Positions 25,101 to 38,700 of a DNA stretch of 64,000 nt are shown piece by piece (position 1 is the stretch's first letter; each line of letters starts with the position of its first letter). Origin of the DNA: Phallusia mammillata (taxonomy: Eukaryota). Below the pieces are notes generated by a model. That model was given only the letters and a program-made list of their open reading frames with translations. It ran no database searches and was not told where the DNA came from. The DNA is taken from assembly GCA_965637545.1 (NCBI GenBank), contig OZ281497.1:18476001-18540000 (forward strand), in the 5' to 3' direction. A program made the position numbers and the translations under genes.

Positions 25101-28100
25101 TGTATGAATCACAGTACGCCATTGCTGTGATATGTACGAAAGAAAATGTCCAATTGATACGAACTACTTAATAGCGATTTGGTCGTATTGAAGTTGAAAT
25201 GTTTGGACCAAGGCAGCGCAACTTCGGCGTTTACATTCACGTGTACGATGTTCTTTCCACTGATGGCAAATCTGCTCGTTGCTATCTTAATGACTCCGCT
25301 TAAGGTAAGTTGTACATACACTTGGTAAGAGATCTAAGTCAAGAAGGGTGCTGGCTTGTGATCAAGTCGTTACAAACATGCGGACAGTTTTTGTCACTGT
25401 ATACCACAAATTGTACAATTGGCCCTCATGCTTGGAGGACCCTGTGCGAAAGCCCGACAAACTTAAGATACATTCTGAACAGTTATGTTTACATTTACAC
25501 TTTATGTTCACAGTCTAGCCGTTTTCTTCAACGCAAGCTACTCGTAGAAGGAAATCGACCAAGCGTCCAATTGACCGCCGAGGAAATGATACGACAAAGA
25601 CAGGTCAATAAAATTTTACATTTAGTAGTTCATTATGTCCCAGTGCTTAAACGTTTGTAAAGGCAATGGTATTAAAAAGTTTTAATACGTACACTTCTGC
25701 TGTAGAATGGCGTGCAGTATGTCGCGGACATTCTTGCCTTCTACCTCATTGTGTATAAAATTGTAATCATTTCTGGAGCACTCAAGATTTGCCTATCCAA
25801 CACCTACTGTTTGCCACGCTACAAGTCATTGCAAGTGGGTTTGCTTTAATTTTGTTTGGTGAGACATTTTAACTAGAATGTTCTACACTTATGCAGGTAC
25901 ATATTTTTTAGATATCGTTTCTTCTAATATCATCACAGGCACCCTGGCTCAGCATTCTTTGGAGTTTTATAGGCACCTGATTTGCTTGCATCGCAAAGTT
26001 AACAGAATGAATGTTTAATAATATGCCTTGTTTGTAGACATGTGTATGTCTGTTTAACTTATATTACGCCATGAAAAAGGAAGCAGAAAAAAGCAACATT
26101 TTTAAAAGATCAAACTGTATGTAGGTTTGCTTTGATTGACTACTTGAACATCAACTAAGCATTGCTTTTCAATGAACATAACTGTAGCAAAAATCCAATC
26201 AAATATATATGAAATAAACTTACCACATCATACATTCTGTGAACCCAGGCAGGCCATGCAGTGGACATGGATGTTCTTCGTAGTACTTTATTATGACGCT
26301 TGAATTTGTGATGTAAAATTAAACCTTCAGGTGTCCCTAAAGTACAATTGATGTTTTTTTCACAATACAATGTGTAACAAGGTTATAAGATTACAAATAT
26401 TATTATAGATGATACGTACAAGTTACACATTTTGCAATCACCAGTGTAAAAGTTTAGTAAAGTTTTCTTTTCAGAACAGTTACTTTTTTGCCGGTAATTT
26501 TTGGTAACATTTAAATATTGCTTTTTTATATTTAAATACAAAAATTTATACATAAAATTTTCAAACAATAAAAGAAAATGAAAATCAGAACCTCAATCAA
26601 AGTGAGATGAGTTACCTTACCATGGTTGCCAAAAACAAATCTACAGAAAAAAAGAGCTTTTATACCTCCAATCAGTTGTGCCTTACATCTGTGGCATGTT
26701 TCAATACTGTTTGTGACTTCGGGAAGAGTGACATCAGAAATTAGCTTGACCTTTGCCAGCACATTTCTGCAAATCAGAATCACATTTGAAACTTCTAAAC
26801 AAAAAGGCATGAATGGTAACATAAAAAAACACACCCATTTAACTGATTTCTTTTTTCCATAACTTGAAAACGATCTCGTCCCTCAACTACCAATCGCAGT
26901 GATTCAATTTGATATTCTTCTTCATCACGAAAGGAGCATATTTTTGCAGTGCAACCAAAATCATAGTATTTTTTCCTGTAGGCCATGTTTTCATCAACAA
27001 TATATCTACACAAAATAAGTATAATCAATTGTAACATTTTTTCCCCTTTTTTTAAGTGTAATTAATTGTAACATTTTGACATTAAGCCATTTTGACTAAC
27101 ATCACAATTATGTCACAAAGCAAAACATGTCATTGCAATGTTTCTCAATAGTCATGTTGTCTTATTTACTTGACAGTTAAAACCCCAAAGGTCTTATCTG
27201 ACTGCTGTAAGACTTGACGAATCATTGAAACTTCATTGAGTCGTGTGATTTGCAGTGGTAATGTTTGCCAAGGAATTAAAACAAAGTCTTGTATATAAAG
27301 GATTGGAAGTGTGACAAAACTGTCTTTTTCTAAGTAGGAAGTCCCAGTACATTCCTCCATATCCCCGAGATACTGTCAAAGTTGAACACATCTGTATTAG
27401 ATTAAATGTTTTTAATAAACCTAATATGGCATAATGTAATTACTCTATGACATGTTGGAAGATTTTGATCAAATGTGATAGATTCAGGCTTCGTTTGTTC
27501 CACATCATCGCTGCTGTCCAAATCTACACAGGCACATGAGTTCATTACTAAGCAACCAATAGAAAACATTAACAATCAATTACCTTCATTTTCTTCTCTC
27601 CCTCTTTCTAATCCAAACAAACTGCAAATATACAAATTGCGTAAACAACTCTTGTTGAGAAACAGCGTTTGATTTTGATTTTTTACAGTCTTTATTAATT
27701 TCCTTAAACACATATTAACACTCTAGCTCTCCCAAACACTAGTGCATTTACACTGATCGATTAAAAAAAGCATAGAAACATTTGGTCAAATTGTGTTTGC
27801 TAATTTAAATAAAAAACAACAGGTCAAAAACTATACACTGATAATATTTGCTCGACAGTGTATTATATTCAACACAATTTAATACACAAAAGTACAATAT
27901 TTACAATTTATATGACTATTTACAGTAACCTACAAGTTTCCAATTCTACGAAATCCTCTTCGAACTGGTCTGGGTAAATGGAAATGCACAGCATTATTTT
28001 CAACAGGCTCCTGCAATTGTGCCAGGTCTTCAGGATCAGAACCTTCATTATCAGAACTTTCATTTTCTTCTATTTCTATTTCACCATCAGCATTTATATC

Positions 28101-28231
28101 TGCATAAATTTCAAAACAAAGTATGCATAAATGTTATGGACCTTATGGTTAAGCTAAAGTAATAAATCAGCATTTTTGTTACCATCTTCTTCAATTGGCA
28201 TTGCATCCTCTTCCTGATGTTCATTGTCCAT
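22120..28231 (-). CDS. CRBN: Cereblon (Lon N-like domain + CULT thalidomide-binding domain)
   Basis: [10 protein letters not shown]|[17 protein letters not shown]...[51 protein letters not shown]|[28 protein letters not shown]. Tri-Trp pocket and both CxxC pairs present. ATG at 28231, stop at 22120-22122. Confidence 0.95.
24197..26018 (+). CDS. Nested antisense gene in CRBN intron 23798-26223: multi-pass membrane protein resembling a diverged, truncated mucolipin (TRPML S1-luminal loop-S2-S3-S4). Exons 24197-24385, 24686-24936, 25175-25304, 25514-25603, 25706-25834/25838, 25912-(25980 or 26018)
   Basis: Six exons with consistent GT-AG phases; hydrophobic segments; luminal loop with NFT/NST/NET/NIT sequons. 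Motif-level similarity to TRPML is given in the findings. The last exon's frame is ambiguous. Confidence 0.7.
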
Positions 28232-29709
28232 TATGATTTTTTGATTTCAAATGCTTGGAACAAGTTTAATAAAAGTCCGGTAAAGACAGTATTTTACATT
28301 AGAACAATAATTTTACACTTATGTTTCCACAAACAATAGTTTAACTACATTTAAAATTCATTTTGTAAGAAATTTATGTTTTCTGTAAAAGGACAAGACA
28401 AAAAAATATTCAAAAAAACGACAGAAATATCTCAACATTATTTGTAAACAATCTGCAGAACCTGAAAATAAAATGGACGGGGAGTTTTTTTTTTCTCATC
28501 CTTGAGTATTCCAATTACAAACAGAAATATCTTACGTTTGGAGAGTTATTCCCAATTGAATAACCTTATTAAACCAAGCAATAACATGTCATAAATCTAA
28601 CATATATTTGCAAAAAAGTCTCGTTTTTCACTTTTGCAATTTTACACTAATGGGGTATTCCCCTAAATAACGAATTCATGACATGTTTTTTTTCAAGCTT
28701 TTTACGTCCACTTTTTCCCAAATGTTACTGCATTGAATGTAATTGATTTTGAGGAATTGGGGGATTATTTAAACTCCAATTGTTCTTTTTTGGGAGGATT
28801 TTTATCTTTTAGTGAATTATAGGCACTTTTTCCAGTGGAAATAAGGAAATAACCAGAACGTTTATACCTCTTAAAATAATACCAATGTGTTTTATCACAG
28901 ATAATTTGCTGTCTAACCGGTATGATAATATATCTATGGTTTTATGTTACTTGAACCACTTCCTTCGTAATTACGAGGAGATTGACATAAGACTGAAACG
29001 ATAACGGCATTCAAGAACAAAATGCACCAAGGAATTGCAGTCCGACAGCAATGACTTTGGCAGTCGACACTTTGCAGCATAGCTACGCAACTTTTAAAAA
29101 TATTGACATAACAAAATAGTTTGATACAAAAATAAAAGGTGCCCGAATTATGACCACTCAGTGACAATTATTCTAACCCGCGCCGAGTTTAATCAGTAAC
29201 GATCGCGGATTCATCCCAGCGGTACCATTCACCGTCGAGTTGTTCATACATTGCGCGCTGGCTGTAACCCTATAAACGGTCTGAGCACGGCCATGACGTA
29301 ATGGCAGTTCGACAAAGCGTTAGATTCGAGGAGTCGCAGTGAAGAATTTTTAGCAACGTCGTGATTGCAATTTGAAACGGGCATCGCGTTACTTCCTGCC
29401 CAATCCCAAAACAACAGAGTTTGCGAATGCGCTCACCGATCTGGCGATCTAGTCATTTCGCGTGACGTCCTATTTAGCCCGGACTGGGCTATGAATGAAA
29501 GTTGTTACATGACTGCTTATTTGCACTGCGATAATAGGCAGCTTGTATAATCATGTGAGGTCTGTGTAAATTAGATATCTTAAGGGAATACGGAAAATAT
29601 GAGTATTGATAGCCTTTCCTGTATAAACACGTCTTTGATCATACTGATATGCGAAGCAAGCGCAACTTCTGTAAAAGGTTGTGAAAGTTTGGAGTAAACT
29701 AAAAGGAAA

Positions 29710-32700
29710 ATGGACACGAATGAGGGCACAAGATCAGTAGGCAAACTTGATAACTTAGACGAAAAAGAAGCGAGCAGCAGAAATGTTGCTCAAAGTAGCC
29801 CGACGACCCCACCGAAAACTCCAAAACGGAGGGGCAGCAAAACTCTTCGAAACCTCGCGCGAAGGGGCAGTTCAATGTCAATACTGAAACTCCGTTCACC
29901 AACTCATTCAAATTTACCCGAAAACCCTGTTATAGAAGGTATGCCTTGCATGTACTGTTGAAATGTTTGTTATTTCGGTTGAAAAACAACCTGTTTATAT
30001 TTTGTTTGCAAGCAGATTTTTTTCACCAGCTTGATCGAAACCGGAACTTTTGAACTTTTGCGCTATAGGGCATCATGTGCCACCATAATGCAGTTTGTTC
30101 ACAGATATTTTCAGACCGCTTTCATTTATCGCCTAAATAACCTTGCTTTCAACATCTTGTAAGTTTTGGTAGCTATAACTAACATTTTTGTCATTGCAGA
30201 AAGTGTAGATGAAGTGGATGGAATTTTGAAGAAGAATAAGCCAGAAAAGTTAAAAAAGAACAAGGTAAATGTGTCTGTGTCGGATTTGTCCTGCAACAAT
30301 TGCTAAACACTTAGTATTTTAGAATTCACAAAAGCCCGTATCCGGCGAGGAACCGCCATTAACAACACCAACTAAAAGGCCCAAGTTTCTGAGAGCATTT
30401 AGCAGTCCGAATCTAAAAAAGGATCATCAGGGTCAAAGCATCGATTTCTCACCCATAGACACGGTTCAAGAGGATGCTGCTGAAAATGAAATTATATTTG
30501 AACCCAAACTTCCATCTCCAGATGTTCAGGATTTTAACTATGAAGGTATTTATACTTTTTGTTTTGTTGTTTATCAAGTTTTGGTAGTGTATAGCAGTGG
30601 TCGGCAACCGCCTGTCCGCGAGAAGTTCGTTACCACGTCTTTTCAAGGTTGTCCGCGATAATTTTCCGGTTTCGAAAACGGTTCGCAGTGCCAAAAAGGT
30701 TGCCGACCCCTGGTATATAGCATTCGTGTTTCATTAGGTATGATTGTGTTTTTACACAGTCGGTTTAAACCCTGCAAAGCCATAAAAGCACTTGAACTTG
30801 GTTGCCCGGTACAGGAACAGACTCGTGACCACATTGTCGATGAGTGCATGCAGAGCGAAGCGAGTCTGATTGCCGAAATTATTCCTGGTTTATTTGCAAT
30901 GCTTTAATAGAAGTATTCTATTAATAGAAGACGACCTTGATAGTTAATCCAGCTTTTCGTTAATGGTGTTTAGCAAATGAAAAAGTGTTCTTCGGAAAAC
31001 CATTATACCTGTACTGATATGAAAAGGAAAACGTTTATTTACAGAGGTGCTGGCGGAAACCCATAAGGTCGAGGCAGAAAAGGAGTACGCTGGAACAGAA
31101 AAGACCCAGCCTTTTACTTCGGAATATGGAAAGGCAGATATAGACTCGGTCGAATATGGCCATGATATGATTATTCAAGAAATTGAAACTGGTTTTTTTC
31201 TTGGACCTGTTTTAAGGTTGGTTATTGCAAATTGGATTTGCCCCGGTATCATACCCTCCACATACAAAACAAGAAACAGATAAATACATTTTGTTTTAAA
31301 AGTTATTCAAACATACCCCCACTTTTTTGTTGTTAAACAAACAGTCTAACATAAGATACTAGATTTCAGGTGTACAGACTAAAACCATAAACTTTTCAAT
31401 TGAAATCACTACTTTTTTGGTGAAAAGTGAAATCTTTTTAGCGCCGTTAGCGGAAATTTTGTCAACGCCGCTGCGTTCATCGACACTGGACTGTCGACAC
31501 TTGTTTCTTTTTTTCTCCCTGAGAGCTGAGATAAGGCCGGGAGCGTCAGATCCTTCGTTTGTTTATTTTGGTTTGGTGTTTAGTTTTACTTATTGTTCGG
31601 TACGGTTGCCCATTGAGGACTTAGGGAAAAAAAGTTGTCTAAAATTATTAAATTACAATGTTATTGGGAGGAGACATTTTTGCTTTCGTATTTTCCCAGT
31701 TTATTTACCTCGACAGTCGACACCAAATGTAATTAATGGACCGGGTTATTTTTGGCTAGATTAGTTTTTCACACTTACAGCCGCCAGCAAGGCTTACTTT
31801 ACTTTGAAGAGTATTAAAAAAATCTTTTTCAGTAGTATGCATGTCTGAATTGTGAAACAACCAGTAGCTGAATGCCTATAAATAGCTGAGTACCCCAAAG
31901 CCCTCTAAAGTTACAAAGACTATAACCGCGTTCTGCTTATTAATGTTAATTAGGTAAAACTGGCCTAAATCATGTCAGGTTTCAAAAAGGGGTGGTTGAA
32001 CAACCAGTTCTAGTTAGAATTATTACAAGAAATTTTACAATGGAGTATGCTGATCAAGAAAAGTCTCCAGAACCTGTTCAAGAACAGGAAACTAAAACTG
32101 ACCGTGAACATGAACGTATCCTAAATGAAATAGAAACTACAGATACAGCATTCATAGGTGCTTCTCTGAGGTAATTGAAAGACAAATCCAGCTTAAAGAT
32201 TTAAACTTGAAGATTGTAAAGTTTTGGCTTTTCCAGTAGAGGAACAAAACTAAGACAAACACTAGCTGTAAAAACATTGTAAAACATCAAGTTCCATGCT
32301 AGGGTTTATTAGTTTTACCAGTAACAAATCTAATGTGTAAAATAACAGCACTAATACTACTTCATTAGAGCATTCTGAGCTTTCACTATCACTTTCATTG
32401 GAAATGTTCGAAGTAGATTCACTGTTGCATCAAACTAAAAATACTTATTACACTTATCAGTCAACTGATTAAATAAGAGATACCATGATTATATTGCTGC
32501 GGATATTTGGCCTGTCAGACAATTACCGCAAGGTTGATTCACAAATTTAAATTTTATTTGTATAAGTCTATATATTGACCACATGAAAGACAAGTAGTAG
32601 GAAAGATTGATATGATTGTAGGAAAAATCTGGTCGAATAGTGCTAGTGTTTAAGCATCAAATTATAGCTGAACTTTTCTTTATGTTTAAAGGGCGGTTTA

Positions 32701-35700
32701 TGAGGGAAATGACCACAGGAAATTCTTGGAACGACTTGAAAATCGAATAAAGCAGCATGACCGTGACATCGAAAGGATGTGCAATTTTCATTATCAAGGT
32801 TTTATTGAGTCCATCACTGAACTAATAAATGTTCGGACCGATGCAGACAAGCTCAAAGTAAGAAATACTTAATACTAGATTGGATTAACTGTTGTACTAA
32901 CATTTGCATGCTTTTGTGTGTGTTTTTTTCATTAGCATATTTTTGTCAATGAAAATTTTTGTGTTAACTGTTTTCAATCTGATGAATAGATACCAAAAAT
33001 AAACAAAAACACCTATTTATGTTTTGTGTAGGCACAAACGCTCATAATCAACAAAGAGCTTCAAGAGTCTGGAAAGGAGGTTGCTAGAAAAAGTGAAGAT
33101 CTTATTCAATCTCGTTTACAACAGTGCAATGTTGCTTCTGCTATAGAGAAGTTAACTGTTTGTCTGCCTGTTTTGCAAATGTATGCAAAAATGTGTGAAC
33201 AGATGAAAGCTCGAAGGTGGGTGACAAAGACAAACAAACAATAAGATTATTCGTCTTGTGGCTCTTGCCTTAAGTGTTGTGTATACACATAGTTATCATA
33301 AGGATGTGTTACCTTCAGTTTGTCTTATGAATATGTTTTTCATTTTTTTAGATATTATTCTGCTTTAAAAACACTGGAACAATTGGAACATACTTACCTA
33401 CCCCGGGTTTACTCATATCGTTTTTGTGACATAATGTTGACCAACATTCCAAAGATACGTGAGCAAATAAAAGAAGTCTCCATGTCTGAACTTAAAGACT
33501 TCCTGGAAAATGTTCGAAAAAATTCTCACAAAATTGGCATGGTTGCCATGAAACAGGTTAGTGTGTTTTACAAGAAAATTTATATGTTTTTTTGGAAGAA
33601 TTAGTGTCATCTTCTTTCATCATTCATTTGAACTTTTTTGTGTACTTACTTTGTTCTTCACATATTTAGCTTACCTATGGCAGATAACTTACAATAGACT
33701 TATCATGCACATTACATGTTTGTGCCCACAAAACAAGGATAAAAATGAAAGAAACAACAAACCATAATGTATTTTGAGCAGCACTATTTTGGTTTAGGTG
33801 GAAAAAGAACACAACTTGGAGAGTCCATGTAGTGAATCAACAAAACAAGCAAACCCGAATCAGAAACAGTCAACAGATGATGAAAGTGCTGTTGAAGCAG
33901 ATCGCCCCACTGCCAGGATAAAACCCACCCAAAGTGAAACTGTAAAAAATCACATAAACACAAAAAAGTCTAAACCGACCAAACTAAAACAAGAGTCCAA
34001 AAATACCAACCAGTCAGCTTCACCTAAGCATAGACCAAGGATTAATCCATTTGATGACCTTTCTGACGAAGAGTCACCAGTGGTTATGGACAATCGAAAT
34101 CCCTTTGATGAGGACACTAACCCTTTCGGAAGTGAAACTGTTGAGCATAACTCCAACCCATTCCTAGATCAAGAATCCTCAGATATTCCTGAAACTGACA
34201 ATTCCCAGCAAGTGAATGGTTATAATCCGTTTGCCATTGAACCATTAAAACAGGAGCCAAAAAGCCTTCTTGTGGACACAACAGAACTACTAAAAGGTCT
34301 CAACTATGAGGTAAGGTTTCAGTTGTTTGTTGAAATTAAATAAAAAAACACCTTATGTGATAAATTTATAAATATATATATAGTTTTCAAAGTAAAACAA
34401 ATAGCGACCTTGACAGTGCCATTTTCTTGTTACTTTATACATGTCTGTTTGGGAACCACAACAGAATAAGCCCATGCTGTTGTCTCAGTTAAGGTATGGC
34501 TATTTTTTTGGCCGGTGGTAAACAACGCTCAAACAAGCAGCGAAGCATCAGATACTGTTTCTTATTTCTGTTTTTTCCCTTGCAAACAAACCTTAACATT
34601 AACTTATTGACATAATTTACAATGAAAATAAACCTCCACCATATTTGGTAAAATGCCCTGCCCAACAATCTTTATTACTTCCCTTGAACAAAATTTATTC
34701 CAAGCTTTTGGAAAACTATTCATTTATATTGCGAGAATTTTCACACAGTCACAGGAAGACACAAATCCATTTCTTGAACCGGATACAGCTTCCTCTCACG
34801 ACCCTATAGAGTCAGTAAACACAGATCAGCCAAAAGACAGTGAACCAGAGGGAAATCCATTTTTAGAAGATGAAGAGAAACAGTCAGTAGTTATTCCACG
34901 TTCTGAAAACGATTCCAAACCAGTTAAAACTGCTGAGCCCCAGTCAATTGCAGATATTACCAACAATCCTTCTTTGGAAAGCAACGGTTTGGAAACAAGT
35001 GGTTCTGTTTCTCCGGGCAGTGAAGCATTGCCAATTAAAGCACCTCCAAGAAGGAAAAAGAAAAAAGCTGCCCCCAAAGTACCAGTTCCACCTGATGAAA
35101 AAACTGCTGACACAGAGAACAATAATGACAGTCCTGGTGCTGCACGGTCAACAGTAAATGTTGTTTCTGATGTAAAAACTGATAATACCAGTGCTAAACC
35201 CTTGCAAAATACAGAGAAGAAAAGTGATTCCTCTAATAAGCCTCCAGAAAGTGTTGATGGTGGTCCATCAAGTTTCCTTCATCTTGTAACTGATTTGCAA
35301 ACACAGCGTGCTTCTTTAGTTGAAGAAATGATTTTGCCTAAATGGCAGAAGACAAGAGATTGGCAAATGCCTAGAATTTATCATGTATGTTTTTTTTATA
35401 CCTTTTGGAAAATGGAGCGATCAGAATACAGAAACAATTGCAGTGATCGATAAAAAGTGATGTGATTGCAGGTTAACAATTAAAGCTGTTGCAAACTGAC
35501 TTTTGTCAACCCTTGAACATTGATTGTCAGTTCAATTTGTCTAATTGATATCGATATCAAAATTACTTCATGGAGAAAAAAAACAACATAATTTTTAACG
35601 AACACCAATTAATGAATGTTATGTATTGAGATTTTTTCAGGTGTTAATGTTGCATTTTTATAAACTCCCTAAAAATCTACATATAAATCAAGTTAAATAT

Positions 35701-38700
35701 ACAACTGCAGCTTGTCATCACACTTTAGGAATTTAACATTCTGATTATGTTAGTGTGTGCTGCAAGAGAAATTGTTTTTTTTTAACCAATTAACACTGCA
35801 ATCATCTACAGATGTCTAACCATTTACACCAGTAGTTCTTAACCGGGGTCCGGCAAAGCCGAATCAGGGGTTCGACGAAGGTATTTTTGAGGTATAATAC
35901 AAATACCAGTTTTCTTCAAACTTTAGGGTCTATAGTCGCTAAAAAATGGCATTTTTATTTGACAAATATCTTAACGCTGGAACGTTACACTAAGGCAGGG
36001 GTGCACAACCTGCGGTCGTACGGCTGCATGCCGACGCAGAGTCGAGTTTGTACGGCCCTGACGTAAATAAAACTCTTTGCTAAATATTTTGATTTTTAAT
36101 CTGCTCTAAACAGTTTTTGTGGTACAAATTAGTATTGCCAGCCTAATAACCATATGCGTCAGACTTTTTGTACGTCTATTGTGTGCAAACAAAACAGGTT
36201 CCACAAGCATCACAATATGGATTATGACATCATAAACACTTAAAGACTGATCTCCACGCTGTGCAGCTCAATCTGTGCACCAAGCTACAAATTAACCTGG
36301 GATTTTTGGGCGCTTTTAGATGGTATATATATGATATAAATCAAGTATTTTAAAACAAAAAGGCAGGTGAATGGCGGCCGTTGGTGAAATAAAAATCTAC
36401 GATGCGGCTGTCTTAGCAAAAAGGCTGTGCACACCTGCACTAAGATTTTTTTTTTTTTTTTTTTTATGTAACAAAGAGCACTGTGCGCGTTGTTCGTAAG
36501 CAGAAAAGCAACGGGATTTTGTAGGTAGCAATCTTTTTCATGTTTGTGTACAAATGAAAATACAATGCTTCATTTTGGTAAAAACTTAAAATTGCCGGAA
36601 TTAAAGCAATCCTGAAACAGGTTGATTGCATTATTATTATGTCAGAATTTAACAAAATGTCAAACAGTAACTGTTGGCACTACGTTTGAACAAAAACTGA
36701 ATACGACCCACCAACCACAATGGGTTAAAAACGTATAGGATGTAACTTGAAGAATATCGTAGGGGTTCAGCCGTTATAAAAAGGTTAAGAACCACTGATT
36801 TACACACATATGTCACCACCTTTAGGTTTAGCATATGATACGACTTAACTGTGCAATGTCTGCAATAATGTACTTGCAATCAATTGAATTCTTAGGTCAT
36901 CAAAAATATATACAATACATTTATCTTCAGTGTACCAGGATGCCTACAGATGATGATTCTGACTAAAAGCAAGTCAAATATTTTAAACTTTTTTGACAAA
37001 CTGTAATATGTCATTAAGTTTGGAATTTGGTATGCAATAAAACAGAACTGGTCGTAATTGCCCAGATTGCAATCAATAAGAATTGTCTGTAATTCCACTC
37101 TATTGAATGTTTCCGGGACATTAAACTCCAATACAGTATCAATCAAAATCTAAAATACTGATTAAAAAATTCCATTTTTCATCAACTATTCTATCCGTTT
37201 AATTTTCATGAGCATATTTGGTACTTACATTTATTTTTAAATGCAGGATCTTTCGGCCTCTGATTTGGTGGATTTTTCCCCAGTATACAAATGCCTGCAC
37301 ATCTTTGGCCTTGTGGGCTCAAGGGCAGTTTTTGAATCGTACTATCGCACACAAAGGAAGAACCAAGCCAGATTGGTTCTGCAGCCTCCTGCCGTTATGA
37401 CGGACAACACAGAAACTTATGCACAGTATTTTTACCAGATTGTAGGGTAAGCAATACTGTGATAAAATTAACAGTTTTGTTTGTATTATATGAAATATGG
37501 TTTTAGGTTTTTCGTTGTTGAAGATCACGTCTTACACACTGCTCCGAATTTAATATCTAGGCAATTTATTGATGATTTGTGGGATTTGGCCATATCCAAA
37601 CTTGTGGCTGTGCTACAGGCAGACTCAGTAAGTTCCAAAAAAACATACTGCAACTGCTAGAAAATAATTAGACAACATCACATTTCTTATTTTTTTGCAG
37701 GGTTATCGTAGTGATGCTGCCTTAATGATGAATGTCAAAAACCTCATAGTGATATTTGCTGACACTCTAAAAGTAAGTTAACTATTTAGTTGCAGCATTT
37801 TGTGTATTCAGCATGTGCTGTTTCTAATTTTCATATTGGTGTCCAGTGTTTTTTTAAGGTGTTTTGGGGGACCGAAACGTTCCCCCAAATTTCTCCAGCG
37901 GTTTCCCAAAATTTGGAATTGCAACTACAGTAGAAAAGTAATGGTTGTTTCTCGCTATGTCTTGTCGATAATACGAATATAGCCTACGATCAAATAGTTC
38001 ACGGCACTGCCAGTAGCCTAATAAATAATTCGTTTAAGCAAATATGGCTATTTTTTGGTATTTAAATGAAACACTTGCGGTCTCTTAAAACTACTTAGCG
38101 GCCAAACCAAACCTTAAAAAAAAACCTGTTGGTGTCTGTTCTTCTCAAATAAACTATATTTTTGTTTTCCTTGTCATTTGAATACACTGAAGATGCCTGC
38201 ATAAGTAAAATATGTTTGTTCTGTATATGATAGCTAACTGATTTTACCCTGAAAATAAATATAATTTTTCTTGTCAATCTTTAATATTTAGTGAATGTTT
38301 TGATTATTTTAGGCATATGGCTTTTCTGTCACAAGACTTTTTACCTTGCTTATGGAGTTGCGGGATCAGTATGGTGAAATCTTACTGAAGCGATGGGCAC
38401 AAAAGTTTAATGATGTTTTTAATGAGGACAATTACACTCCTATGCTTGTGGAGAGTGAAAGTCAGGAACAAATGGTCCTCAGTTCATTTCCTTATGAAGG
38501 TTAGTTGCTGTCTGTATTATGCAGGAATGAACTTTGTGCCCCTATTGTATCAACATGAAATTGTTTGCACTGAACCATTGTATGGTTGGTATTTGCTTAG
38601 TGGTGCATTATTAGTAATGTTGACTTACAGCATTATATTGTACATGCCAATCCACCTAGTTCACAGCACAACAGTACCAACTGTGCCAAGTTTTTTTTTT

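Noticed and set aside
30761-30908. 48-codon frame RFKPCKAIKALELGCPVQEQTRDHIV...AML* sharing PVQEQ with EXOC6 exon 1 (third exon-1 paralogue?)
   Set aside because: It needs a phase-2 entry but the upstream donor is phase 1, which hits a stop after 8 codons; a five-residue match is too weak.
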